Shown: positions 7,208-16,582 of the stretch, in pieces
Layout of the letters: the number at the start of each line of letters is the position of its first letter
How positions within the stretch are numbered: the stretch's first letter is position 1
Assembly: GCA_016211955.1 (NCBI GenBank)
Contig: JACRHX010000009.1
Span: 1 to 31,918 of the forward strand
DNA: 31,918 nt
Direction: 5' to 3'
DNA from: Parcubacteria group bacterium
Lineage (GTDB): Bacteria > Patescibacteriota > Minisyncoccia > UBA6257 > JACRHW01
The notes under the pieces: generated by a model
Told to the model about the DNA's origin: nothing
The model's input: only the letters and a program-made list of their open reading frames with translations
The model's database searches: none
Program-made: the position numbers and the translations under genes

Positions 7208-8527
7208 ATGACGGCCAAACAAAAAAAAATAATTTTATACTCCGGAATAATTTTTGTATGTATGGTTATGTTATATACAACCACGCACGCAGCAGGAATT
7301 TTCGATAATCCTGACGTAGACCCATTACAGGGAAAGGACCTGCCTGATATTATAAACAATATTAATACCTTCATAAGAGACCTCGGGCTTGCCCTCGTTG
7401 TTATTTTTATTATCTATGGAGGTATTCAACTCATGACCTCAGGAGGCACTCCTGCAAAAATACAAGCAGGTCAAAATACGCTTCTCTATAGTGCAATCGG
7501 CCTCGGTGTTATTCTCCTAGCCCAAGGCCTCATCTATGCAGTTCTAGAAACTTTGAAAGTTAAGCCAGAAAATATGCCAAACCTAACACAGCAGGATCAA
7601 AATACAAACGATGATATAAAAGGAAATTTTGATGATACGCAATCTGTGGTAACAGACAATCCGGATGATACTAAGCAAGAAAATGCTATCCAAACAGTAG
7701 ACGATGAAGCATCAGCTGCTTTTGCAAGAAGTGGCGGAACCGGAACAGGAACACCAATTGTTGGCACTACGGACACCCAACAACTCACGGAAAGCATGAA
7801 TTGCGATACAGCAAAAACAAGTGCACGACTCGATACTTTGTTTACAAAGTGTCTCAAGGAATATGGTACTGGTCTAAAAATAGCTAGTAAAGCAACAAGT
7901 TTAATAGGAACAGAAACTCAAGCAGTCTCTTCATTGGGTGAGACAGGGGCTGCCCCAGGAGTGCGCTGTGCCCTTTTTACTGGTATAGCTGTCAATTCTG
8001 TGGTTCCAGGGGCAAAACTTACTCAATTAGCCCCCGAAAACTGGGCAAATCTTGCAGGAAAAAGATATGTCCCTTAACCAGGAGAATCAACCTCAAGTTT
8101 TGTATCAAAACTAACACCAGGAGCACAATTATTCTTTACCAATAACAGTACAGATAAAATAACGGGGGGGCTAGTAGGGCGTGGGGATAGTTATTCTGAT
8201 GATGGAAACTTGAGACGAAAAGATGGTTCAGCTTATTATCAACAAGGGGATCATGTTCCGCTTCATGTGGCAATTTATCAACCTTTTGTTACGATAACAG
8301 CTCAACAAGTTCAAGCTATCCGTACTAAATATCCTGATGGGAAAAATATCACCTTTCCACCAAAGAATAGTGATGGTACATATACAATAAGAAATGCAAT
8401 GATACACAACCAATCGGGTATAGTTGTGGTGGAATCTATATCGAACTACCAACAACGAAAAAAAATAGCAGCGGATAAAAATAATGTACAAAATGCAGGT
8501 GATTTTATGGGTGCAAAAATATACTAG
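7208..8527 (+). pseudogene. VirB2/TrbC-like (CPR T4SS-type) pilin fused to a putative NlpC/P60-superfamily domain, interrupted by one in-frame TAA at 8075-8077
   Basis: Pilin motif IIYGGIQLMTSGG.P.KI..GQ..L.YSAIG. The listed ORFs 7208-8077 and 8210-8527 share a frame, and the 44 codons between them have no stop. Joined C-terminus: RCALF...LTPGAQLFF...HVAIY...MIHN. Confidence 0.75.
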
Positions 8528-8556
8528 ACTGAATTAAAAATTCCTATCTTAGTTAA

Positions 8557-9561
8557 ATGATTAAAAAGATTTCTTTTTTTATTTTCCCCCTCCTTTTCCT
8601 TTTTTTATTTTCCCCTCTCACCACCTCCGCAGCGGGTCTCGTTTCTTGTACCGAACTCACCTGTAGTCTTTGCGATCTTCTCGTTTTAGTAAATACTATT
8701 TACCTCTGGATACTAGGAATCAGTGCCTTACTTGCTTCTGGACTCATTACCTTTGCGGGAATACAAATGATTGTAAATAGCGCAAATCCAGGAAAATCTA
8801 TTCAGGCGCGTGGGTTACTTATCCAAACCCTTATTGCGCTCGCTATTGTTTTTGGATCGTGGTTGATTGTAAGCGAAGTATTACGAGCGGTTACGGGGGC
8901 ACCAAGAGAGGATTTCTTTACGTTTAGTTGTAAATCACAGGCTCCGAAGTTTGCTGATAATCCGATTAAGGATGTGGGGGTGCGCTCGAGGCAGGACAAT
9001 AGCGAAAGTGTAACCAATGAAGGACCAGAAACACCTGGTGATGCAACGGTAGGATCTGGCGGGACAGCAGATGGAAAAACGATAGCTCAAAAGGCCATAG
9101 AAGTTAAAAACAAATTACCAGGCGATCTTGACTGCAGTGCATATGCTCAATACGTACTTAAGCAGGTCGGAATCAATGCTCCGAGAACGGCAGATTGGCA
9201 GGCTGGAAATCCTGAAGCATACAAAGGAGGAAAAATGACACCTATTCTTGGAGCTGGTCCAAACAATACAATAGGACCCGCAAATAATGGAACCCCTTAC
9301 TCCACAGATTCATCAAAAGGAAAGGGCACCAAACTTGATATGAGTAAACTTCAACCAGGCGATCTTGTTTTTTTTGGTCACACCACTCGTACTACAACTG
9401 CAGATAATACCGGAAGTAATGGCATAACTCATGTAGGTATCTATATAGGGAATGGTCAAATGATTCATGACGCCGCAGGAAGAGGTACTAAAACAGTACC
9501 CTTAAATACGGACTACTGGCGTGAAAAATTCTATGGCGCAGTAAGAGTCTCTGAACAGTAA
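8557..9561 (+). CDS. VirB2-like pilin fused to an NlpC/P60 (C40) cell-wall peptidase
   Basis: GLVSC....CSLCD pilin N-terminus with two TM segments, G/S/T linker, then DCSAYAQYV, LQPGDLVFF, HVGIYIGNGQMIHDA, YWREKFYGAVRV. Confidence 0.9.
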   Translation: MIKKISFFIFPLLFLFLFSPLTTSAAGLVSCTELTCSLCDLLVLVNTIYLWILGISALLASGLITFAGIQMIVNSANPGKSIQARGLLIQTLIALAIVFGSWLIVSEVLRAVTGAPREDFFTFSCKSQAPKFADNPIKDVGVRSRQDNSESVTNEGPETPGDATVGSGGTADGKTIAQKAIEVKNKLPGDLDCSAYAQYVLKQVGINAPRTADWQAGNPEAYKGGKMTPILGAGPNNTIGPANNGTPYSTDSSKGKGTKLDMSKLQPGDLVFFGHTTRTTTADNTGSNGITHVGIYIGNGQMIHDAAGRGTKTVPLNTDYWREKFYGAVRVSEQ

Positions 9562-9565
9562 TTTT

Positions 9566-10543
9566 GTGAAAAATAAATACTTAGTTTTTTTACTTGTTCT
9601 GTCGTCAATACCACTTTCTACATCAGCCCAGGGGCTTATTCCTTGTAGTGGTCCAAATTGTAGCCTTTGTGATCTTTTTGTCCTTGTTAATAACATTTTT
9701 CTATTTCTCGTGCAGTGGAGTCCGATTCTTGCTTTTTTCATTATCGGATATGCCGGTATTTTGATGATCACCTTTGGATCAAACTCCAGTAAGGTAAATC
9801 AAGCCCGGGGGATGATATGGACAACTCTCCAACGACTCATTATTATTTATTGCTCTTTTCTCATAGTAAACGTCGTGATTCATTTTGTTGTGGGCGAAAA
9901 CAAACTTGCCGGAACATGGTATAAATTTTCCTGTAAATCTACGGCCGCCCAATTTGCTAATACTGAAATTAAGAATGTGCAAATACATTCAAAAGATGAT
10001 GGAAGAGGGGGTATTGTAGGCGGAGGAGGTGCCGGAACAGAATATTTAGGAGGTGGGTCGCCCGGCGGAGGAAACAACGATGCGGTAGCAAATGAGGCAC
10101 TAAAACAGGTTGGACGAAGTAGTTACAAATATAATAGCGATGCGGGCAACGCTTGTGCGAGTGTTGTGAGTACCGTACTTATCAACCAAGGAGTAATGCA
10201 AAAAAGTGAATTTCAAGCTGGCGTAGGAGGACTTGCAACGAAACTTTATGCACAAAAAGGATATACAACTATTATTACTGATCCATCACAACTACGCCCA
10301 GGGGACATTGTATTTGTAAACCCACACAGTCTAGATGGGAAGACAAATAGTCTATACCCCAACAAGGATTTACAAAACCTACTCAAAAAGAGAGGTGTTG
10401 AGCCATGGCACGTGGGCATATGGACAAATACGGGTCTCGTTAATAACAGTACCAGCCAGCTTAAGGTAGCAAAATGGAGTGGCGTTAAGCCCCTAGGACA
10501 AGGTGGGTTTGAGCAAATGGCTTTTGCTCTTAGAAAACAATGA
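9566..10543 (+). CDS. VirB2-like pilin fused to a divergent NlpC/P60/CHAP-like amidase domain
   Basis: GTG start; GLIPCSGPNCSLCD pilin, Gly-rich linker, then NACASVVSTVL, LRPGDIVF, HVGIW, VNNST (Cys-His-Asn order). Confidence 0.85.
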   Translation: MKNKYLVFLLVLSSIPLSTSAQGLIPCSGPNCSLCDLFVLVNNIFLFLVQWSPILAFFIIGYAGILMITFGSNSSKVNQARGMIWTTLQRLIIIYCSFLIVNVVIHFVVGENKLAGTWYKFSCKSTAAQFANTEIKNVQIHSKDDGRGGIVGGGGAGTEYLGGGSPGGGNNDAVANEALKQVGRSSYKYNSDAGNACASVVSTVLINQGVMQKSEFQAGVGGLATKLYAQKGYTTIITDPSQLRPGDIVFVNPHSLDGKTNSLYPNKDLQNLLKKRGVEPWHVGIWTNTGLVNNSTSQLKVAKWSGVKPLGQGGFEQMAFALRKQ

Positions 10544-10574
10544 TATTCAATGCTCTAGTTTAAGGTCTTCTTCT

Positions 10575-11396
10575 TTAATGATTAAGAAAATTTCCAGACA
10601 CTGGTTTCTTTCCTTCGATTTGGATGGTATCTAAAATAAGTTTTTCGTTTTCTACATGAGCTTTGAGAACCTTAATACGCTTTCCGTCTTTTATAAAATA
10701 TGTTCCTGGTTCGGGATTTAGAGCACGTACCTGACAATCTAGTTCTTCGGCTATTTTATTAAAATCCAATAATCCATCTTCGCCTTTATATATTCGTGTG
10801 TATGTTGCTTGGGAATCATCCTGCGGCTCTTGGTTTATTTCACCATTCATCCACTTGGGTATAGTTTCAATAAGCAACCCGGCTCCCAATATGGCTAATT
10901 CTTTAGATAATTCTCCATAATTTTGATTTTTAATATTTGATTTTTCATTTTTCAAGATTGCACCGTGATCCATTTTCTCATCCATCAACATTATAGTTAC
11001 TCCCGTCTCTTGATCACCGTTCAGGATTGCTGTTTGAATAGGCGTAGGGCCTCGATATTTAGGGAGAAGTGATGGGTGCACATTAATACTCCCATGTTTT
11101 GGAATTTCAAGAATTGATTTTGGAATAAGTTTGCCGTAAGCAGCGACAATAAAAAGATCAGGTTGTAGTGCTGCAAGCTGTTCCCTTATCTCACTTAACT
11201 TTTCCGGTTGGAATATCAAACTATTGAGATTCAATCTCAATAGTTGTTGTTTTATAGGTGGGGGAGTAATAGTATGTTTTCTCCCTACTGGCCTGTCGGG
11301 ATTGGTGACGATAGCACTTGGAACATAGCCAGCCTCGATAAGACGCTCGAGGATGGTGACTGCAAAATCAGGAGTCCCAAAAAAAATATACTTCAT
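10575..11396 (-). CDS. fmt: methionyl-tRNA formyltransferase; start at ATG 11396
   Basis: MKYIFFGTPDFA; VT.PDRP.GR; VAAYG...P; INVHPSLLPKYRG..PIQ.AILNGD..TGVTIM.MDE.MD.G. Confidence 0.96.
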   Translation of the reverse strand: MKYIFFGTPDFAVTILERLIEAGYVPSAIVTNPDRPVGRKHTITPPPIKQQLLRLNLNSLIFQPEKLSEIREQLAALQPDLFIVAAYGKLIPKSILEIPKHGSINVHPSLLPKYRGPTPIQTAILNGDQETGVTIMLMDEKMDHGAILKNEKSNIKNQNYGELSKELAILGAGLLIETIPKWMNGEINQEPQDDSQATYTRIYKGEDGLLDFNKIAEELDCQVRALNPEPGTYFIKDGKRIKVLKAHVENEKLILDTIQIEGKKPVSGNFLNH

Positions 11397-11397
11397 G

Positions 11398-11877
11398 CTA
11401 TGACAGATGTTCTGGTTCAATTCGATACGTATTCTTCGCACGATCGATAAATAGCTTGCCATTTAAGTGGTCCATTTCGTGTTGAAAGATGCGCGCTAGG
11501 AGCCCCACCGCCTTAATTTTTACAAGTTTTCCACGCATATCCGTTCCCTCTATGGTTACTCTTGCTGCCCGCTTCACAGGCCCGTACACCATAGGGACAC
11601 TCAGACACCCTTCTTCTGCCTCCTCTTCCTCTGCTGAGCTTTTTATAATTTCTGGATTAATGAGAGTATAAAATTTCCCGGCATGAATCGCAACGAACAC
11701 CTTGCATTCCTCACCAATCTGATTTGCAGCAAGTCCAATACCATTTGCGGCAATCATTGTTTTTTTCATATCACTGATAAAACCACGCGTAATGGCGCGC
11801 GGATCAGAAACTTCTTTCGTCTTTTTTCTCAAAAAAGCTTCGGATTCTTTTGTAGCAATAGTAACAATAGTAAGCAT
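11398..11877 (-). CDS. def: peptide deformylase
   Basis: GIGLAA.QIG, EGCLS and HEMDH motifs. Confidence 0.97.
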   Translation of the reverse strand: MLTIVTIATKESEAFLRKKTKEVSDPRAITRGFISDMKKTMIAANGIGLAANQIGEECKVFVAIHAGKFYTLINPEIIKSSAEEEEAEEGCLSVPMVYGPVKRAARVTIEGTDMRGKLVKIKAVGLLARIFQHEMDHLNGKLFIDRAKNTYRIEPEHLS

Positions 11878-11907
11878 ATGAGGTTTTTACTTTTTTACCA
11901 TAAAATA

Positions 11908-13692
11908 CTAGAGTATGGAAGATGCGCCAATATTTACAGTAAACCCGCGTGGTACAAGTGACAAAAGACGATTTCGCGTACGTAGATCCTCGTCGGTAAT
12001 TTCTGTAAGACCCTTTTTGAGGCGCACAAGAATGTGGTAATAAAAACGACGATTTATTTTGCTTATAAACGCGGGAGAGGGGTCAGAAACCTCAAGCAGT
12101 GCCTCAAAATGATTACTTACAATAAACTCCCGCATTCGCGCAGTAAGAGTAGACATGGTACTTTCGATACTTTCCTTGCTACTGTGTGCATAGATGATTT
12201 TAGTAAGCTCTACGAATGGGGGGTATCCATATCGTTCTCTCGCCCCGCTCTCTCGTTCAAAAAATTTCTCCGGTGTATTAATATATCCAAAGATGGGGCG
12301 TGTACTGTCGCGAGTACAGATATAAACATGTTTTGAAGAAGATCCAAGCGTACGTATCATACGAAATACACGCTCTTCGCTTCCAAAATCAGGAATATTA
12401 AGCATACGATCTGTATCAATAATAAGCGAAGCATCAAGCTGAGGAAGGGAATGTTTAAAAACAAGCTCTGTGGCAACAAGAACACCCCGTGACGACTCAA
12501 CAAATTGTTTAAGTATCGCCTCTTCTTTTTTAGAGGTTTTAGCTGTGTCAGAGTCAAACGCAAAAAATGTATGACTAGGAAGTATCCACCTAAACGCCTC
12601 TGTGACTTTTTCTGTTCCTACACCAGAAAAACCAGTTAAAAAACCGTGACATTCCGGACAAATATCTTGAGGATTTTTTTCTACATAGCGACAGTGGTGG
12701 CAAATGAGACGCTTTGCACGAGATGCATCGTTTTCGTGGGAAACAAGCCCCACAGAACACTTTGGACAACGATACATATACCCACACGAAACACAAAGTA
12801 CGAAAGGGGTATATCCACACCGATTTACGAGAATAATAATTTTATTACATTGTTGTAATTCTTGTTGTGGTAAGTTCTGTATTAGCCGAGAAAATAGGTC
12901 TCGTTGCATCCTCCTCGTAGGATCTTTTTTATCCTCGATGAGTGAGTATTCTATTTGCCTAGCTACAATCTTGCTGGTGGTATGATACATCATATCACCC
13001 AAAGAAGAAGTATGGATTTTAGCAAGTTCTTGAACGAGAATATGTGTCTCAAAAAACGGAGAAGATATGTTTTTATATAAACCGTTATCTGCATCATAAA
13101 TCTCAATAGAGGAGAGGCTGTGCCATGGCAGAAAAAGCGCTGAGGATAATCCAATCACCGTTACAGGATCTCCACTCAAGATTCTTATCCAGGTCTCTCG
13201 CTGCTCTTTTGCTGGCAAAGACTTCTTATAAATAATAGTCTCCTGATCACCAAGCTCTGTGACAACATGATTAATAAACGCCTCTGTGGGAACAAGGATA
13301 AGCCGCTGAGAAAGGGTGCCTTCAAAACGTTTTGGGATAGGAACGCTAGGGAAATGAAGGAATGTTTTCGTGGGAGAGGGGAGAGCATATTTGAGAACAA
13401 GAGGAAGAACAATGTTATAACGCAACGCTACACGTTCAAAAAAAAGCTTTTGTCGTGGGCTAATGATAGGCGCCTCGCTTATCACGCCCATTATGGGTTG
13501 CAGGGCGTATCCGGCATGTTTTACCGAAAGCTTGGTCTCTTTTATAGGTGTTGAAGAGACCACAAATGCTATAACAGCTTTTCCGCGAAGAGGGACGGTA
13601 ATTAAGTTACCCCGCGCAAGAGGTTGTTTAGAATAATACGTAAGAACAGGGTCTGGGATAGACTCTAAAACAAGAGCTTTAATAATATACAT
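11908..13692 (-). CDS. priA: primosomal protein N' homologue with degenerate helicase motifs; start at ATG 13692
   Basis: N-terminal LTYY...RG.L.VPLR domain; Cys-rich CVSC..CPKC..CHHC..CPEC; G.GTEKV; PDF.SEER; YPPF..L. No GSGKT and no DEEH. Confidence 0.88.
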   Translation of the reverse strand: MYIIKALVLESIPDPVLTYYSKQPLARGNLITVPLRGKAVIAFVVSSTPIKETKLSVKHAGYALQPIMGVISEAPIISPRQKLFFERVALRYNIVLPLVLKYALPSPTKTFLHFPSVPIPKRFEGTLSQRLILVPTEAFINHVVTELGDQETIIYKKSLPAKEQRETWIRILSGDPVTVIGLSSALFLPWHSLSSIEIYDADNGLYKNISSPFFETHILVQELAKIHTSSLGDMMYHTTSKIVARQIEYSLIEDKKDPTRRMQRDLFSRLIQNLPQQELQQCNKIIILVNRCGYTPFVLCVSCGYMYRCPKCSVGLVSHENDASRAKRLICHHCRYVEKNPQDICPECHGFLTGFSGVGTEKVTEAFRWILPSHTFFAFDSDTAKTSKKEEAILKQFVESSRGVLVATELVFKHSLPQLDASLIIDTDRMLNIPDFGSEERVFRMIRTLGSSSKHVYICTRDSTRPIFGYINTPEKFFERESGARERYGYPPFVELTKIIYAHSSKESIESTMSTLTARMREFIVSNHFEALLEVSDPSPAFISKINRRFYYHILVRLKKGLTEITDEDLRTRNRLLSLVPRGFTVNIGASSIL

Positions 13693-13695
13693 GGT

Positions 13696-13816
13696 AGAAT
13701 TTGCATATTTGGCGATTTCTTCGTCAGAAACTGCGGTACTCAACGCAGTACTATCTTCGTACGGCTTTTTCCGTTCCTCATTTCTTCCTTGAACTGCATT
13801 CAAATATGCAAATTCT
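13696..13816. mobile_element. non-autonomous palindromic element, family C copy 1
   Basis: Perfect 16-bp terminal inverted repeat agaatttgcatatttg/caaatatgcaaattct; interior homologous in reverse to 20975-21098. Confidence 0.75.
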
Positions 13817-13878
13817 AAATTCAACAATTCGATAAATTGACACGAAGAACGAAAAACTTGATACTTATAAGATACCAT

Positions 13879-15135
13879 ATGAAAAATATATCTAAACTTC
13901 TGATCTTCATCAAAGGGGCTGGAATAGCGATAAAAATCCTAGTTTTTATTATATCGTTTCTCCTTGTGGGCATAGGGAGTTTTTATGTAGGAAGAATTTC
14001 GGCGACGATACTTCCCCCTCAAATTATAATCCCGGCACACGTCACCTCACCAACCAAACCAAATCTTGATTTTGGTATTTTTTGGGAGACATGGAATACC
14101 GCACAAGATCTTTATATTTCAAAGGCAAAGATAGATGAGAAAAACATGGTATATGGAGCAACTAAGGGGATGGTAAAATCTCTTGGTGATCCTTACACAG
14201 AATTCTTTACTCCGGAAGAAAATAAAACATTCTCTCAAGAAGTTGGAGGGGCTTTTGGGGGTATCGGCGCAGAAATAGGTTTTAAAAATGGAGATCTTAC
14301 TATTGTTGCACCACTCAAAGGAAACCCCGCAGAAGCAGTTGGGCTTCACGCAGGAGATAAAATACTCAAAATCGATGATAAGATAGTTACCAAAGACATG
14401 TCTCTCGATGAAGCCATTCGTATTATCCGAGGTCCCATAGATACAAAAGTAAAACTCCTCATACTTAGAAAAGACGTACAGGCTCCAAAAGAATTTGAGA
14501 TAACAAGGAAAGAAATCGTAATTCCTACTGCTGAACTTGATATGCTCGAAGGGGGTGTGGCACATATAAAACTTTACAACTTCAACGCACGAGCAGCATC
14601 AAAATTTTACAGCCTCCTCTACGAATCTCTCCTGGGCGGTGCCAAAGGATACATCATCGACGTACGCAATAACCCAGGCGGTTTCCTCGAGGTGGGGATA
14701 AACATCGCAAGCCACTTTATCGAACCAGGACAAGTTGTAGTGAAAGAAGAAAACTACAAAGGACAAGTTCAACTCCACCGTTCAAACATTAATGGGAGCG
14801 CGGTGTTACGGCAATTTCCTGTGATCCTTCTCGCAAACGAAGGGTCCGCATCGGCTTCCGAAATTCTTATCGGTGCATTACGAGATAATAGGGGGATAAA
14901 ACTGGTGGGTAAAAAGACCTTTGGAAAGGGAACGGTGCAAGAATTAAGAACACTAAGCGATGGGTCCTCTCTCAAGGTAACAATTGCAAGGTGGCTGACA
15001 CCAAAAGGAATATCGCTTGCGAACGGTGGTCTCATTCCTGATTATGAGGTAGCTTTTACCGAAGAAGATGCCGAAAATAAACGCGATCCGCAACTCAAAA
15101 AAGCCATCGAAATCCTTAAAGAGCAGATAAAATAA
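13879..15135 (+). CDS. ctpA: S41A carboxy-terminal processing protease with PDZ domain and N-terminal membrane anchor; start at ATG 13879
   Basis: GM..SLGDPYTEFF; GIGAEI; D.RNNPGG.L; SASASEI; KTFGKGTVQ; K.TIA.WLTP.G. Confidence 0.92.
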   Translation: MKNISKLLIFIKGAGIAIKILVFIISFLLVGIGSFYVGRISATILPPQIIIPAHVTSPTKPNLDFGIFWETWNTAQDLYISKAKIDEKNMVYGATKGMVKSLGDPYTEFFTPEENKTFSQEVGGAFGGIGAEIGFKNGDLTIVAPLKGNPAEAVGLHAGDKILKIDDKIVTKDMSLDEAIRIIRGPIDTKVKLLILRKDVQAPKEFEITRKEIVIPTAELDMLEGGVAHIKLYNFNARAASKFYSLLYESLLGGAKGYIIDVRNNPGGFLEVGINIASHFIEPGQVVVKEENYKGQVQLHRSNINGSAVLRQFPVILLANEGSASASEILIGALRDNRGIKLVGKKTFGKGTVQELRTLSDGSSLKVTIARWLTPKGISLANGGLIPDYEVAFTEEDAENKRDPQLKKAIEILKEQIK

Positions 15136-15347
15136 TGGACATCCCCACACTAAAACTGGTCGCTCTTGTTGTTTTTCTCCTCTCAACTCTTTTTGTATTC
15201 ATACTGAGCATTATTCTTAATTATCACTGGACGAACTACAGCATCGACACAGCATCTCTTAAAAAAATACGATTTGTTTACCTACTTATTACAAGTATTT
15301 TGTTTTTCCTCACCATTGCTTTATTTCTCAACACACTTACTTCATGA
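15135..15347 (+). CDS. small two-TM hypothetical membrane protein
   Basis: Start overlaps the ctpA stop and its stop overlaps the next ATG; two hydrophobic helices around HW..Y. Confidence 0.75.
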   Translation: MDIPTLKLVALVVFLLSTLFVFILSIILNYHWTNYSIDTASLKKIRFVYLLITSILFFLTIALFLNTLTS

Positions 15348-15737
15348 TTCAACCCTACGAAAACGAAACTATTACAAAAACGGTACGACGTCACTGGTTT
15401 GTTGTCGCTATTGATATTTTTATGTTCCTTGTCTTTGCATTGGTTCCCCTCATTGGAATTACCATGTTTTTAAATAATGTGACGGTGGGAAAAGACACAT
15501 CAAGTTACAATGCTTTTATTGCCTTCTTTTACCTCGTGTGGCTTGAATTTGCATGGATCATGTTTACGATTGCGTGGACGACAAACTACTACCTTGACGT
15601 AGTCCTCATCACAAATCGTCGTCTTCTAAAGATAGATTATCGTAGATGTGCCTAATCCAAATTCAATTAAAAATATCATCTTTGAACATCACGACGTGGC
15701 GCCACAAAATGAACCACCCAAAAAACCAACACAATGA
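15344..15737 (+). pseudogene. PH-domain-type membrane protein with an apparent internal deletion and frameshift
   Basis: VRRHW, two TM segments, YYLDV.LITNRRLL.ID, then it stops early at 15655. Another frame continues IVDVPNPNSIKNIIFEHH... to TGA 15735-15737, overlapping the rplI ATG. Confidence 0.6.
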
Positions 15738-16177
15738 AACTTATTTTTCTTAAAGATGTATCTGGAGTAGGAAAGAGGGGGGAGATTAAAGAATGCAAAG
15801 AAGGTTATGCAAAAAATTTTCTTCTTCCTAGCGGGCTCGCAAGATTAGCTACCAGCGAGGCGCTCTCTTCATTGGTGCAACAGAAAGAAGCTCAAGAATT
15901 ACGCAGAAAAAAGGAACATGCAATCCAAATCGAACTCGCGCAACAACTAAAAAACATGGAGCTTGTTTTTACACTTAAAACATCAAAAGAAAGCGCGTTC
16001 GGATCAATCACAAAAAACGATATTCTTCTTAGGCTTGAAGAAGGGGGGATTGAGCTTTCAAAAGACGCGCTCGAGCTCGATCGCCCCATAAAAAAAACAG
16101 GGGTAGTTGAAATCCCTGTTTCCCTAAAAGACAACCTCCGCTCAACACTAAAAATAAGGGTCGAGAGCTCTTCTTAG
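15734..16177 (+). CDS. rplI: 50S ribosomal protein L9
   Basis: MK.IFLKDV.G.GK.GEI.E.K.GYA.NFL.P.GLA..AT; FGSIT..DI; PIK..G. Confidence 0.97.
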   Translation: MKLIFLKDVSGVGKRGEIKECKEGYAKNFLLPSGLARLATSEALSSLVQQKEAQELRRKKEHAIQIELAQQLKNMELVFTLKTSKESAFGSITKNDILLRLEEGGIELSKDALELDRPIKKTGVVEIPVSLKDNLRSTLKIRVESSS

Positions 16178-16446
16178 ATTACGTTAATTACTGTAATCTT
16201 TTTACGTGATCCATCAAATGCGGTTTTTTGACGTGACGAAAACTTGACGCTTCCAGGAACGATAGCATAAAGTGTATCGTCACCTCCACGTCGAACATTT
16301 TTACCTGGGTGCCACTTTGTACCTCTTTGACGTATCAAAATAGTTCCTGCTTTTACGGGCTGTCCATCGAATTTTTTTACTCCTAAACGTTTTGAGCGTG
16401 AATCTCTGCCCAACTTGGTAGAGCCGCCCGCTTTGGTATGTGCCAT
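16174..16446 (-). CDS. rpmA: 50S ribosomal protein L27
   Basis: [46 protein letters not shown]. Confidence 0.98.
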   Translation of the reverse strand: MAHTKAGGSTKLGRDSRSKRLGVKKFDGQPVKAGTILIRQRGTKWHPGKNVRRGGDDTLYAIVPGSVKFSSRQKTAFDGSRKKITVINVI

Positions 16447-16448
16447 AT

Positions 16449-16547
16449 GTTAGTAATTAGCTTTTAGTATGTTAGGCTATTAGGATATCAAGTTAGAAAT
16501 TGAAAGTTCCGATCTGCTAATACCCTAAAACCTAACCCCTAATAAGC
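16449..16547. repeat. TTAG/CTAA inverted array filling the predicted rpmA 5' leader
   Basis: ttagtaa-ttagctt-ttagtatg-ttaggcta-ttagg ... ctaatacc-ctaaaac-ctaaccc-ctaataag. Confidence 0.85.
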
Positions 16548-16553
16548 TTGTAG

Positions 16554-16582
16554 ATTATGACAAATTTCATCAAAAAAGTCAA
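16554..16582 (-). promoter_or_regulatory. sigma70-type promoter candidate for rpmA
   Basis: Minus strand TTGACT, 17-nt spacer, CATAAT, with a TGn extension. Confidence 0.6.

Noticed and set aside
8075-8077. Stop-codon reassignment (code 25, as in Gracilibacteria/Absconditabacteria) as the cause of the split gene
   Set aside because: The internal stop is TAA, not TGA. TGA ends genes normally (10543, 15347), and conserved genes are full length under code 11.
13693-13878. 62-aa N-terminal extension of PriA given in the ORF track
   Set aside because: It reads through the family C palindromic element and overlaps the divergent gene's upstream region; the PriA-like sequence starts at ATG 13692.
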